IMG/VR virus record: IMGVR_UViG_3300031857_000107
Direction: 5' to 3' (one strand)
DNA: 64,000 nt
Source of the DNA: an uncultured virus (IMG/VR IMGVR_UViG_3300031857_000107)
Lineage: Duplodnaviria > Heunggongvirae > Uroviricota > Caudoviricetes
A program made the translations under genes and the position numbers. How positions within the stretch are numbered: position 1 is the first letter of the stretch; each line of letters begins with the position of its first letter. Shown here piece by piece: positions 19,245 to 29,339 of the stretch. The notes beneath the pieces are model-generated. The model saw nothing but the letters and a program-made list of their open reading frames with translations, was not told the DNA's origin and made no database searches.

Positions 19245-20298
19245 TAATCAAGCAGAAGCAATTGAAAAAACTCTGATCGATCTTGGGTATCAACTTTCAG
19301 ATCGCGGAAAATATTGGCAATGCAATGCTGTTTATCGTGATGGCGATAATAGAACTGCTCTACAAATTTGGAAAGATACTGGAATCTGGAAAGATTTCGT
19401 AGCCAACACTTCTTACCAACCCTTTAAAAGGCTTCTTGAGCTTACTTGTAAAGACGATTCTAAAATAGAAGAAATATTAAATTCAATTAAGAATAATAAT
19501 GATCCTTATATAGAATCAATTAGAACACCTAAAATGGAATCAGATCAATTTCTTGACCATAGCGAAATAAAAACTTTGCTTCCGCATTATGACTTTTACA
19601 ATAATAAAGGCATAAGCTCTAAAACTCTTGAACTATATCAGTCTGGTTTTTCCATGTCTGGTAAAATGAATGGGCGTTTTGTATTTCCTATATTTGATGA
19701 AAATAAAAAAGTAATTGGCATTAGTGGTAGACATCTACTATGGAAACCTAACTATATCGCTCCCAAATGGAAACATATAGGCAGAAAAGGTAATTGGATA
19801 TATCCAATAAATCTTCAAGGCGAAGATAATAACATATTTAAAAAGACTATTGAAGAAAAACGCTCTATAATTCTTGTTGAAGGTATTGGCGATAGCCTAG
19901 CTTTATCCGAGCAAGAATATTATAATCATATTGTAGTTTTTGGTCTAGAAATTAGTTCAAAACAATTGTCATATCTGATGTCTTTATCTGTTGATGAAGT
20001 AATCATCTCCACCAACAACGATTCAGATAAAAGCGATAATCGCGGCTTACAAGCTGCCATTAAAATATTCTTAAAACTTATTAAGTATATTGATATTGAT
20101 AAAGTTAAAATTAAACTTCCTATTTGTAAAGACTTTGGCGAAATGCTAGAGAAAGGTATTACAATTGAACGATGGCAGAACAAGAAAAGAGATAGAATAA
20201 CTCAAGTAGAATACATTCTTGATTATGTATATAATAACGATAAGGATAAAAAGACAATTTCTATTCTTAAAGATTATTTAGAAAGTCTAAAGCTTTGA
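19219..20298 (+). CDS. dnaG: DNA primase (Toprim)
   Basis: GRFVFPI…GISGR, PKW, LVEGIGD, NNDSD, KDFGE. Confidence 0.85.
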   Translation: MTTYLTSIDNQAEAIEKTLIDLGYQLSDRGKYWQCNAVYRDGDNRTALQIWKDTGIWKDFVANTSYQPFKRLLELTCKDDSKIEEILNSIKNNNDPYIESIRTPKMESDQFLDHSEIKTLLPHYDFYNNKGISSKTLELYQSGFSMSGKMNGRFVFPIFDENKKVIGISGRHLLWKPNYIAPKWKHIGRKGNWIYPINLQGEDNNIFKKTIEEKRSIILVEGIGDSLALSEQEYYNHIVVFGLEISSKQLSYLMSLSVDEVIISTNNDSDKSDNRGLQAAIKIFLKLIKYIDIDKVKIKLPICKDFGEMLEKGITIERWQNKKRDRITQVEYILDYVYNNDKDKKTISILKDYLESLKL

Positions 20299-21353
20299 AG
20301 GAGACATTATCAGCCAGTAAAATCAAAACACTAAAATCCTGCTCATGGCAGTATTGGTGCAAGTATGTTTTAAAGTTACCAGATAAAACAAATTCTGGAG
20401 CTTTGATTGGTGATACTGTGCATATCATTCTTGAATGTCTTGGTTTAGCTAGACATAAAAAGCATTACGACATAATTATAAAAAAACAGAATATCTTCGC
20501 TTCAAAAGCCATTAAGAATATGGTTTATAAACATATAAAGCGAAAGAATCTTAACGAACAGGAAAATCTTCAAGATATTTGTTCAATGGCTTTGAAAGGA
20601 TTGATGTATGATTTTTTTGGTAAGAAGTTTGGCGAGCCAACAGAAGTAATTTCAGAAAAAGATTTTGAGATTACTGTTCAAGAAGGAGATGTTAATTATA
20701 AAATTAAGGGCTTTATTGATAAACTCTTTATTTACGGCGATCATGGAGTCGTATTAATTAGAGATTTTAAAACAAATAAAAAGAAATACGAAGGAAAAGA
20801 AGTAACTGATAATCTACAAGATTATATGTATACTCTTGCTATTAGAAAACTTTATCCTCACCTTAAAGATATTAAAATGGAATTCTTGTTCTTAAAACAA
20901 GATTTGAATGATGGCGGAGTCATGCCAATGCAAGCTAAAGATAAATACGAACTTCTTGGATTTGAACATGAACTAACTGGTTATCAAAAATATGCCGATT
21001 CTTTTGTAGAGAAAACTGCTATGTCTAATATGGCAGCAAATCAAGGAATGCCAAAAGATGGAAGCTTTGCTGGAAAGCTTCTATGTGGCTTTGCTAAACA
21101 ACCTAATCAAATCAAAAAAGACGGCACTCCAATGTGGTACTGCACTTATAAATTTGGATTTGATTATTTTGCAATTGTAGATAAAGATGGCAAAGTTAAA
21201 AAATCAGCGTTTACTAAAAAAGAATTGCAGAAAATTAAACTCCAAGAAGGAGAAAAATTAATAAAAAGTAGATACGATGGATGTCCATGTTTTAAACCCA
21301 AACCCGTTGAAACTACTTTCGATTCTGACGCTTTTGATCTTGACAAATTCTAG
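20295..21353 (+). CDS. RecB/Cas4-like PD-(D/E)XK exonuclease
   Basis: LSASKI…C, G..VH, KGFIDKL…IRDFKT, QDYMY, C-terminal cysteines; TTG start. Confidence 0.8.
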   Translation: MKETLSASKIKTLKSCSWQYWCKYVLKLPDKTNSGALIGDTVHIILECLGLARHKKHYDIIIKKQNIFASKAIKNMVYKHIKRKNLNEQENLQDICSMALKGLMYDFFGKKFGEPTEVISEKDFEITVQEGDVNYKIKGFIDKLFIYGDHGVVLIRDFKTNKKKYEGKEVTDNLQDYMYTLAIRKLYPHLKDIKMEFLFLKQDLNDGGVMPMQAKDKYELLGFEHELTGYQKYADSFVEKTAMSNMAANQGMPKDGSFAGKLLCGFAKQPNQIKKDGTPMWYCTYKFGFDYFAIVDKDGKVKKSAFTKKELQKIKLQEGEKLIKSRYDGCPCFKPKPVETTFDSDAFDLDKF

Positions 21354-21375
21354 TTCTTCGCTAGAATTTGGTCAA
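21340..21375 (+). promoter_or_regulatory. sigma70-type promoter embedded in a 14-bp inverted repeat
   Basis: TTGACA-N16-TAGAAT; ttgacaaattctag-7nt-ctagaatt(g)gtcaa type arms with one bulge. Confidence 0.7.
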
Positions 21376-21376
21376 C

Positions 21377-22135
21377 ATGCTACCATTGTTTAAATCTCAT
21401 TTCAGTATAGGAAAATCTATACTGACTTTAGATGATCCAAAAAAAGTCACTGAAGGAGGGTCTGATAGTGTCTTTAAGATCGCAAAAGATAACGGCCTTA
21501 AACAGGTTATTTTAGTTGAAGATTCTTTAATTGGTTTCTTTGAGGCTTACAAGCGCAGCAAAGAAATGTGTATTCAATTAATATTTGGTCTAAGACTTTC
21601 AATGAGAAATTCTGCTCTTCCAGAAGATGAAGGCAGTCAACACAAAGTAATTATATTTGCTAAGGATGATATTGGGTGCAAGCTGCTCAATAAAATCTAT
21701 TCAAAAGCTTTTTGTACTAATTCTGGATTTCTAAGTTATAGCGACTTGAAGGAGTTGTGGAATGAAACTTCTCTCAAACTTGCTATTCCATTTTATGATT
21801 CATTTATTTATATAAATAATCTATCTTTTGGAAACGCTGTTCCTGACCTTTCTTTCACTAAAGCCACTTTATTTTACGAAGATAATGCCTTGGCTTTAGA
21901 TTATCTTCTTCAAGAGAAGGTAAAAGAATTCTCTATTAATAACGACATACCAATGGTTAAAGTTCGTAGTATTTATTATAATAAGAAGTCTGATGTCAAA
22001 GCTTTTATGGCGTATAAGATAATTTGCAATCGATCTTTTGGCAAAGATCGTTCACTAGAAAAACCAGAGTTGCCTCATTTTTGCAGCGACAAATTTAGCT
22101 TCGAAGCTTGGAAGGAAGAAAATGCTACGATTTAA
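21377..22135 (+). CDS. stand-alone PHP domain of DNA polymerase III alpha
   Basis: FKSHFSIGKSILT ~ DnaE H.HS.YS; IQLIFGLR; IIFAKDDIGCKLLNKI.S. Confidence 0.8.
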   Translation: MLPLFKSHFSIGKSILTLDDPKKVTEGGSDSVFKIAKDNGLKQVILVEDSLIGFFEAYKRSKEMCIQLIFGLRLSMRNSALPEDEGSQHKVIIFAKDDIGCKLLNKIYSKAFCTNSGFLSYSDLKELWNETSLKLAIPFYDSFIYINNLSFGNAVPDLSFTKATLFYEDNALALDYLLQEKVKEFSINNDIPMVKVRSIYYNKKSDVKAFMAYKIICNRSFGKDRSLEKPELPHFCSDKFSFEAWKEENATI

Positions 22136-22751
22136 TAAAGAACAAAAGTATATTTGTTTTGATTTTGAAACCTGTCATCTAAATCTACTTGATGATAGCA
22201 ATAAACCTTGGCAGTTAAGCTATCTAATAGCTAAAGGCAGTAATATAATCAAAGAGGTAGATAATTATATCTACTGGCCTGATCTCAAGCTTTCAGAAGG
22301 AGCGAAACTTGTCACTCATTTCGATGAGCGCAAATATCATTCATTAGCTGCCGATCCAAAAGAAGTTCTAGAGGCTTTTGAAGATTATATTTATAATGAT
22401 GAGTATTTAATTATTGGACAGAATCTATTGGGTTTTGATGCGTATATTCATAATACATATCGAAGACTAATGGGTAAAAAAAGTAACTTTTCTTATGTTA
22501 AGAGGATAATAGATACAAATTGTATAGCAAAAGCTATCAAAAAGAATCTAAAACCTCAAAGAGATTCTGATTTTACTTTTTGGCAGTATAGATTAAACGA
22601 TTTTCGCGAAAAAGGATTAAAGACAAGTATTAAAACCCAGTTGAAAGAATATAAGATTGACTTCGATGAGAATATGCTCCACAATTCCATGTACGACGTT
22701 CAGATGAACTTTAAGATTTTTCAGAAGCAGCTTTGGCAAATTGAAATATGA
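22122..22751 (+). CDS. DEDDh 3'-5' exonuclease (DnaQ-like)
   Basis: FDFET, GQN..GFD, IDT, LHNSMYDV. Confidence 0.85.
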   Translation: MLRFNKEQKYICFDFETCHLNLLDDSNKPWQLSYLIAKGSNIIKEVDNYIYWPDLKLSEGAKLVTHFDERKYHSLAADPKEVLEAFEDYIYNDEYLIIGQNLLGFDAYIHNTYRRLMGKKSNFSYVKRIIDTNCIAKAIKKNLKPQRDSDFTFWQYRLNDFREKGLKTSIKTQLKEYKIDFDENMLHNSMYDVQMNFKIFQKQLWQIEI

Positions 22752-25300
22752 ATTTTTTACAAGATATTAAAACCTATGATAACGCCATGCTTCCCGGCGT
22801 TCGCTTGCCTCAGATCTCTATTGAAGGCAAATATTATGACTTACTAAAGATTCCCGTTTCTTCTGATAATTTTACATTCCTTAAGACACTTTGCTATAGG
22901 AGTTTAAATAATCTAGGGTTGAACAATAATCAATATGTTGAGCGCATGGAGATGGAATTGGAGATCTTCAGAGAGCTTGATTTCGTTGATTATGTACTTC
23001 TCAACTGGGATATTCTTAATTACTGCCATGAAAATAATATTCCAACTGGTGCTGGTCGTGGTAGTGCTGCTGGTTCTTTGGTTTTGTTTATCGTGGGTGT
23101 TACGAAAGTTGATCCAATAAAATATGAACTATTTTTTGAGCGTTTTGTCAGTCGTTCTCGCGCCAAGAAGATCATCAAAGATGATATTACTTATCTTGAT
23201 GGCTCGCTTCTTCCTGACGTAGATAACGATATCAGTTATGATAGACGCGCAGAAGTGATTAAGTATATTGAGCAGAAACATCTTGGTAAAACTTCTAAGA
23301 TATTAACTCTCAATACTCTTTCTAGTAAACTTTGTATTAAAGAGTGCGGTAAAATCATAGGCGGTTTTTCTGAAACAGATGTTAATGAAGTTAGCGATAA
23401 TATTCCAAAGCTTTTCGGTAGAGTGTTTGAACTAGAAGAAGCTTACAAAGAGAACGATAAATTTAAAGCTTGGGTAGATCAAAATAGGTTTGTATTTGAA
23501 ATCGCTAAAAAGATTGAAGGACTAAATAAAAATACTGGCGTTCATCCTTCAGGTATTGCTATTTCTTATTATAAGATAGAAGAAGTATGTCCTGTACAAA
23601 AGACTTCTGATGGCGATCTAGTCAGCGGCTATGATATGAATTATGTGGCCGAACTAATGGTCAAGTTCGATGTTCTTGGTCTTAGAACTCTCACCGTAGT
23701 TAGCGAGGTTTGCAAGAGACTTAATATTGAAATGACTTCTATTGATCCAGAAGATCCTTTCATTTATGAAAGCTTTCAGAATCTTCGTACTCCACAAGGT
23801 TTGTTTCAAATCGAAGCTGAAACTAACTTTAAAGTATGCCGCAAAGTTAAGCCAAAGTCGCTAGAACAGCTTAGTGCGGTAGTTGCTATCGCTCGTCCCG
23901 GTGCGTTGGACTTTGCAGATCAATACGCCACATATTCAGCTTCAGGAGTATTCCAGCTTGTTCACGACTTCTTTAAAGAAGAACTCTCGTATACAGGTGG
24001 CATTCCTCTTTATCAAGAGCAGTTGATGAAAATGGCCGTGCGTTTAGGTTTCACTCTTGATGAATCTGAGCAATTGCGTCGTATCGTTGGTAAAAAGAAG
24101 GTTGATCAAATGCCAGCATGGCAAGGAAAGATTCGTCAGAAAGTAGCTGAACAGAATCTTGATCCTGCTATTGGCGATGTATTGTGGAAAGTAGCTGAAG
24201 ATTCAGCGAACTATTCATTTAACAAATCACATTCAATTTCTTACGCTATTTTGGCTGCATGGACTGCTTATCTTAAGTTTAAGTATCCACATGAATTTTT
24301 CTTAGCTCTACTTCAGCTATCTAAGTATGAGCCTGATTCACACCAAGAAATCAACAAGATTTCAAAAGAGCTAGTATATTTTGATATAAAGCTTTTGCCG
24401 CCTGATCTTGCGAAGTCTGCATTAGATTTTAAGATTGAAGATGGTAATATTCGTTTTGGATTAAATTCTATTAAGGGTGTTTCTGAAAAGACATTGCAGT
24501 CACTTCAGAATTTTAGAGAGACTAATACTCCAACAAAGTTCGATATTTTCATAGCTGCAAAACAAGCTGGAATTAATATCGGTTTACTTTCTTCTTTGGT
24601 TCAGGCTGGAACTTTAAGTTCATATACAAATAGGCGATCCCGATTAGTTCTTGAAGCTCAGACTTTCAATATCTTAACTGATAAAGAAAAGAAATTCGCC
24701 TGTAGCGTTGGACCAAAATACGATCATGATATTTTAACTATCGTTAGTGAATGCGCGTTTAAAGGTCAGACTCTAAACGAAAGCGGTAAACCCTTCATGA
24801 ATGAGAAACGCAAAATCACATTTAAGAAAAAATATGACGAGTATAAACAAATCTATGAGCAAAATAAGAATCATGAAAAATTTGCTAATTGGGTTTTTGA
24901 AAACAGATTGTTAGGCTATACTCCAACTATTCGGCTAAAGACTATTTTTCAGCAATCTGAATGTACATTTACGGATACGATGGAGTTCCAATCTGCTTTT
25001 AAGGAAGACAGAATAAAGATGGTTGGTGTTGTAGATGATGTTTATAAAGGCAAGACTAAAAAGTCTAATTCTACATTCTATAGATTCCAATTGAAAGATG
25101 AAGTTGGCAGCGTAAGTGCGATGTTTTTAGATGGTGGAAAACACCAAAGATTAACAGAGTATCTTGAAGACGGTCTTAAAATTCCAGATAAGGAAAGTAT
25201 TGTAATTTTCACTGGCAGAAAAGGTGACGATGTGCTATGGATAGAGAACATCGGAATCTTGGACGACAAGATCTACATGAAGTTATCTGACATAGAATGA
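22748..25300 (+). CDS. dnaE: DNA polymerase III alpha catalytic subunit lacking N-terminal PHP
   Basis: GAGRGSAAGS, PDVDND, HPSGI, KFDVLGL, YQEQ, YSFNKSH, C-terminal OB-like region. Confidence 0.93.
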   Translation: MNFLQDIKTYDNAMLPGVRLPQISIEGKYYDLLKIPVSSDNFTFLKTLCYRSLNNLGLNNNQYVERMEMELEIFRELDFVDYVLLNWDILNYCHENNIPTGAGRGSAAGSLVLFIVGVTKVDPIKYELFFERFVSRSRAKKIIKDDITYLDGSLLPDVDNDISYDRRAEVIKYIEQKHLGKTSKILTLNTLSSKLCIKECGKIIGGFSETDVNEVSDNIPKLFGRVFELEEAYKENDKFKAWVDQNRFVFEIAKKIEGLNKNTGVHPSGIAISYYKIEEVCPVQKTSDGDLVSGYDMNYVAELMVKFDVLGLRTLTVVSEVCKRLNIEMTSIDPEDPFIYESFQNLRTPQGLFQIEAETNFKVCRKVKPKSLEQLSAVVAIARPGALDFADQYATYSASGVFQLVHDFFKEELSYTGGIPLYQEQLMKMAVRLGFTLDESEQLRRIVGKKKVDQMPAWQGKIRQKVAEQNLDPAIGDVLWKVAEDSANYSFNKSHSISYAILAAWTAYLKFKYPHEFFLALLQLSKYEPDSHQEINKISKELVYFDIKLLPPDLAKSALDFKIEDGNIRFGLNSIKGVSEKTLQSLQNFRETNTPTKFDIFIAAKQAGINIGLLSSLVQAGTLSSYTNRRSRLVLEAQTFNILTDKEKKFACSVGPKYDHDILTIVSECAFKGQTLNESGKPFMNEKRKITFKKKYDEYKQIYEQNKNHEKFANWVFENRLLGYTPTIRLKTIFQQSECTFTDTMEFQSAFKEDRIKMVGVVDDVYKGKTKKSNSTFYRFQLKDEVGSVSAMFLDGGKHQRLTEYLEDGLKIPDKESIVIFTGRKGDDVLWIENIGILDDKIYMKLSDIE

Positions 25301-27702
25301 AAAATTTAAATTTAACACCAAGAGCGCAAAAGCTAATCAAAGAAGCTTATAAAATAGCTGTAGATCTCAAACACACAGAGATCACGCATCTTCATTTGTT
25401 TATAAGTTTTTTGAATGTTAAGCAAAGTCAGATAGAAGAAGCATTTGGAAATTTTGGTATAGATTCTTTAAAGATAAAGAACAGTGCCATAGCATTTCTA
25501 AAAGCTAATGTTCCAGCACAAAAGAAAGCTACGTTAAAGCCTTTATTATCTGAAGGTATAACTAATGTTTTTAAATGCGCCAAAACTATATCTTCCAAAT
25601 TCGATCATAAATACATTGGATTAGAACATGTATTTTTGAGTTTATTTGAAGTTCCTAATCAGACTTTTGAACTTTACTTGATTGATTATAGTTATGATTT
25701 TGTTAAAGTCGTGGACTATGTTGAGCAAAAACTAGAAGATGACGATATGTTGCCAAACGTTGAGGAAGAAATAAATAGTCCTAATGAAGCGAAACAAACT
25801 TTTGATATAAAGAAATATAAAGTTTTGAATACTTATGCTAACAATCTTAATATGCAAGTTCTTAACGGTAAGATAAATAATCTGCATCTTAATAAAGAAT
25901 TAATTCAAAAGATCTCAGAAGTTCTTTGTCGTAAAAATAAAAATAATCCACTTATTGTAGGTGAAGCCGGTGTTGGTAAAACTGCACTAGTTGAATCACT
26001 GGCTCAAGCCATCGTTAAAGGTGAAGCTTCTGATTTGCTTAGTTTAAAGCAGATTTACAGCTTAGATATTCCAATGATGATTGCTGGCTGCAAATTCCGT
26101 GGTGAGTTTGAAGAAAAAATTAAGAATCTATTAAAAGAAATTACAGATGATCCATATATCGTTTTGTTTATCGATGAAATTCACACGATCATTGGTGCTG
26201 GAAATCCAGAAAATGGCAATGATGTTGCCAATATTTTAAAACCTTATTTAGCTAGAGGAGAAATTAGCTGCATTGGCGCTACAACTTTCGACGAATATAA
26301 GAAAACTATATCTGATGATCCAGCTTTATCTAGGCGTTTTCAGATTATTAAAATTGAAGAACCCACAAAAGAACAAACCTTCAATCTAATCAAAAATATT
26401 AAAGGCGGATATGAAAATTTTCATGTAATAGATTTCTCTGATGATGTTATTCATTTTATTATTAATAGTGCTGAAAAGTATATTGAAGGAAGATTTCCTG
26501 ATAAAGCTTTAGATATTATTGATCAAGTAGGAGCTAAAGTTAAACTAAAGAACTTTGTAAAGTCTCCTGAAATGCTTAAGATAGAAAAGAAGCTCAGTAA
26601 ATTTGTGGATTCTAATAAGCAAACGATAGAGAAGAAAAAGATTTCTTCTTTAGAAGAGCTATTGGTTGAGTATGAAGAGTCTACAAAAAAGATGATTACT
26701 AATTGGCGTAACAATAGATATCAAGTTACAAATGCTGATGTCTTAGAAGTAGTCTCTGATAAGACTAATATTCCAATTGATGATTTAAAATTACAAGACT
26801 TTGATAAAGTTAAGCTTCTTAAAACTAAGTTAAAAGAACAAGTGTTCGGTCAAGATAATCAGATAGAACATATATACAAATCTTTAATCAGAGCAAAAGC
26901 TGGTTTCCGTAATCCAAATAAACCTATTTGTTCAATGCTTTATGCTGGACCAACTGGTGTTGGAAAAACAATGACCGCAAAAATAATTGCAGAAACTTTA
27001 TTTATTAATAAGAATAATTTTATAACAATAGACATGTCTGAATACACAGACAAGACTGCTGTAAATAAATTAGTTGGTTCTAGTCCTGGTTATATCGGAT
27101 TTGATAAAGGAGGCGTATTAACTGAAAAAGTAAGAAAGAATCCATACTCTTTAATTCTTTTTGATGAAATTCAAAAGGCTGATCAAGATGTTTTGTACTC
27201 TTTGTTACAAATTCTTGAAGAAGGAAAGATAACAGACTCTTCTGGAAAGATGGTTGACTTCTCTAACACTATGATTATTATGACAACGAATATTGGCGCT
27301 GAAGCAATTAATCATTCTGCAATAGGATTCGGAAAACAGAAATCTGGAAAATCAGACGTTCTTTCTTCTATTAAGAAGCATTTTCCCGCTGACTTATTAA
27401 ATCGTATTGATGAAGTTGTCATATTTGATGCCCTTGAACAAGAGCAAATCAAATTAATTATCGACAAAGAACTACAATCATTCAAGACAGATCTGTCAGA
27501 TAGAAACGTTATTATAAAATATTCATCTGAAATTACCAATTTTATATTTAATAAAATACAGTTCAATAACTTTGGCGCACGACAAGTCATTAAAACCATT
27601 CAGCGAGAATTGCAGACACAAGTTGCAGAAAAAATGCTTGATGCAGATAAAAAACTAAATTTGGAAATTTCAGTTAAGGATAACAATATTTGTGTAATAT
27701 AA
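25297..27702 (+). CDS. clpC: ClpA/ClpC-family AAA+ chaperone ATPase
   Basis: Clp N repeats, [43 protein letters not shown]. Confidence 0.9.
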   Translation: MKNLNLTPRAQKLIKEAYKIAVDLKHTEITHLHLFISFLNVKQSQIEEAFGNFGIDSLKIKNSAIAFLKANVPAQKKATLKPLLSEGITNVFKCAKTISSKFDHKYIGLEHVFLSLFEVPNQTFELYLIDYSYDFVKVVDYVEQKLEDDDMLPNVEEEINSPNEAKQTFDIKKYKVLNTYANNLNMQVLNGKINNLHLNKELIQKISEVLCRKNKNNPLIVGEAGVGKTALVESLAQAIVKGEASDLLSLKQIYSLDIPMMIAGCKFRGEFEEKIKNLLKEITDDPYIVLFIDEIHTIIGAGNPENGNDVANILKPYLARGEISCIGATTFDEYKKTISDDPALSRRFQIIKIEEPTKEQTFNLIKNIKGGYENFHVIDFSDDVIHFIINSAEKYIEGRFPDKALDIIDQVGAKVKLKNFVKSPEMLKIEKKLSKFVDSNKQTIEKKKISSLEELLVEYEESTKKMITNWRNNRYQVTNADVLEVVSDKTNIPIDDLKLQDFDKVKLLKTKLKEQVFGQDNQIEHIYKSLIRAKAGFRNPNKPICSMLYAGPTGVGKTMTAKIIAETLFINKNNFITIDMSEYTDKTAVNKLVGSSPGYIGFDKGGVLTEKVRKNPYSLILFDEIQKADQDVLYSLLQILEEGKITDSSGKMVDFSNTMIIMTTNIGAEAINHSAIGFGKQKSGKSDVLSSIKKHFPADLLNRIDEVVIFDALEQEQIKLIIDKELQSFKTDLSDRNVIIKYSSEITNFIFNKIQFNNFGARQVIKTIQRELQTQVAEKMLDADKKLNLEISVKDNNICVI

Positions 27703-27707
27703 TTTAT

Positions 27708-27911
27708 ATGCCACTACCAAAACCTTCTAAGAAAGAGTCAGAACAAGAATTCGTTAGTCGTTGCATGGGCGATGATATGATGAATAAAGATTTCAAAGAT
27801 CAAAAGCAACGTGCTGCTGTTTGTTATTCTCAATATAAGATTCGCCATAAATCTAAAGGCGAAACAAGTTGGGATGACGTAAGAAAAGGTGATAGTTTAA
27901 ATATTCTATAA
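27708..27911 (+). CDS. small conserved phage protein
   Basis: MPLPKP…EQEFVSRCM…[14 protein letters not shown] motif 10 nt upstream. Confidence 0.65.
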   Translation: MPLPKPSKKESEQEFVSRCMGDDMMNKDFKDQKQRAAVCYSQYKIRHKSKGETSWDDVRKGDSLNIL

Positions 27912-27912
27912 T

Positions 27913-29061
27913 ATGAGTCAACACAATCCATTATACAATGTAAATCCAAGTCCACAGGCAGCAAATGATACATTTGATTTTGCTATGCCTGATATCCCAG
28001 AACCCCCTCACCAAGAAAAACAAGAACCTGTTGATAAAGATGCAGTTGGTTTTAAATTTGGATTTATAGGTGCTGGTCAAGGTGGCGGAAAACTAGCTGA
28101 AACATTTTCTCAGATTGGATATGGTCGTGTTGGTGTTATTAACACCGCCGATCAAGATCTTGCTACTATCAATGTTCCAAACAAAATGAAGTTTGGAGAT
28201 CAACAGGGAGCAGGAAAGAACAGAGAATTTGCTAAACAAGCTTTTTTAAATAGTAAAGAAGATGTAGTTGACTTTATTAAATCTTCTGTAGGAACTGATA
28301 TAGATCGTATTTTTGTAACGGTTGGTGCTGGCGGCGGAACTGGTGCTGGAGTTTGTTCTGAACTTGTGAAGACTGTCAAAGAATATCAGAATACCGTAAA
28401 GGCAAGTTCTCCTTATGTTGGACTAATTCTCGCTTTACCGAAGCTTTCTGAAGGCAAGAAAGTTAGTCAAAATGCTTATGAGACATTAAAGGAGGCTTGT
28501 GAATTAGTAGAACAAAAGATTGTGTCTCCTCTAATAATCCTTGATAATGAAAGAATTAATAGTCTCTATCCAAAGCTATCTGTTAATAAGTTTTGGCAAG
28601 TAGCGAATGCAAATATATGTTCTTTATTTCACCTATTTAATCATATCATAACAAAGAATAGTCAATATAGCACATTCGATACAAATGATTTTAGAACTGT
28701 GTTGGATTCTGGCATTATGGTTTTCGGTGCAGCTAACATTCTTAATTTTAGTAACGAAGCCGAAATCAGCAAAGCAGTACGAGAGAATCTTAAAAGAAAT
28801 GTTTTATGCGGCGAGCTTGATCTTTCTACTGGTAGCACCGCTGCTGCTGTGGCTATTGGTGATGAAAAGACTTTAGATAGTATTCCTCAAGAATATTTAG
28901 ATAATGCTTTTAATCAATTAAATAGAACATTAAAGACAAATAGTACGGTTCACCAAGGAGTTTATAAAGGAGCTAAAGAAGGCTTATCTATTTTTACTGC
29001 AATTGGTGGAATCACAACTCCATCTGCAAAACTAGACGCTCTTCTAAAAGCTAGTCAATAA
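27913..29061 (+). CDS. tubulin/FtsZ-superfamily GTPase (TubZ/PhuZ/CetZ-like)
   Basis: GAGQGGG (T1), INTA, GAGK (T3), GAGGGTGAG (T4), LDN, FDTNDF (T7). Confidence 0.9.
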   Translation: MSQHNPLYNVNPSPQAANDTFDFAMPDIPEPPHQEKQEPVDKDAVGFKFGFIGAGQGGGKLAETFSQIGYGRVGVINTADQDLATINVPNKMKFGDQQGAGKNREFAKQAFLNSKEDVVDFIKSSVGTDIDRIFVTVGAGGGTGAGVCSELVKTVKEYQNTVKASSPYVGLILALPKLSEGKKVSQNAYETLKEACELVEQKIVSPLIILDNERINSLYPKLSVNKFWQVANANICSLFHLFNHIITKNSQYSTFDTNDFRTVLDSGIMVFGAANILNFSNEAEISKAVRENLKRNVLCGELDLSTGSTAAAVAIGDEKTLDSIPQEYLDNAFNQLNRTLKTNSTVHQGVYKGAKEGLSIFTAIGGITTPSAKLDALLKASQ

Positions 29062-29078
29062 GTGTAAAAAATAATACA

Positions 29079-29294
29079 ATGAATCAACTACCTGAATTCT
29101 GCACTGTTAATACTGGCACTTCTATTACCTGCCCATCTGGCAAGAGTATTTATGTTGTAGCTGCTACTGCTGGATTTACAGCTTTAGGTCAATCAATAAC
29201 TATTTCTGCTCCAATCAGTTTTCCATTTCCATTTAAAATTACTACAAATATAACTTCAGCAAGTGCTGGAACTATTTTTTATTATTTCGCTTAA
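29079..29294 (+). CDS. small beta-rich protein, probably structural
   Basis: Thr/Ser/Gly-rich; GTGTAA motif upstream. Confidence 0.5.
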   Translation: MNQLPEFCTVNTGTSITCPSGKSIYVVAATAGFTALGQSITISAPISFPFPFKITTNITSASAGTIFYYFA

Positions 29295-29306
29295 AAATAG
29301 CTAGAA

Positions 29307-29339
29307 ATATCGCAGGATACTCATAATATCCTGCGATAT
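29307..29339. repeat. perfect 13-bp inverted repeat abutting a start codon
   Basis: atatcgcaggata-ctcataa-tatcctgcgatat, then ATG at 29340. Confidence 0.9.

Noticed and set aside
20295..21353. Cas4-like nuclease as evidence of a CRISPR-Cas system
   Set aside because: No repeat-spacer array or other cas genes are visible; stand-alone RecB/Cas4-like nucleases are normal in phage replication blocks
10807..25300. Inteins or introns in nrdJ, recA, dnaB or dnaE
   Set aside because: Lengths are normal and no splice-junction or LAGLIDADG motifs were seen
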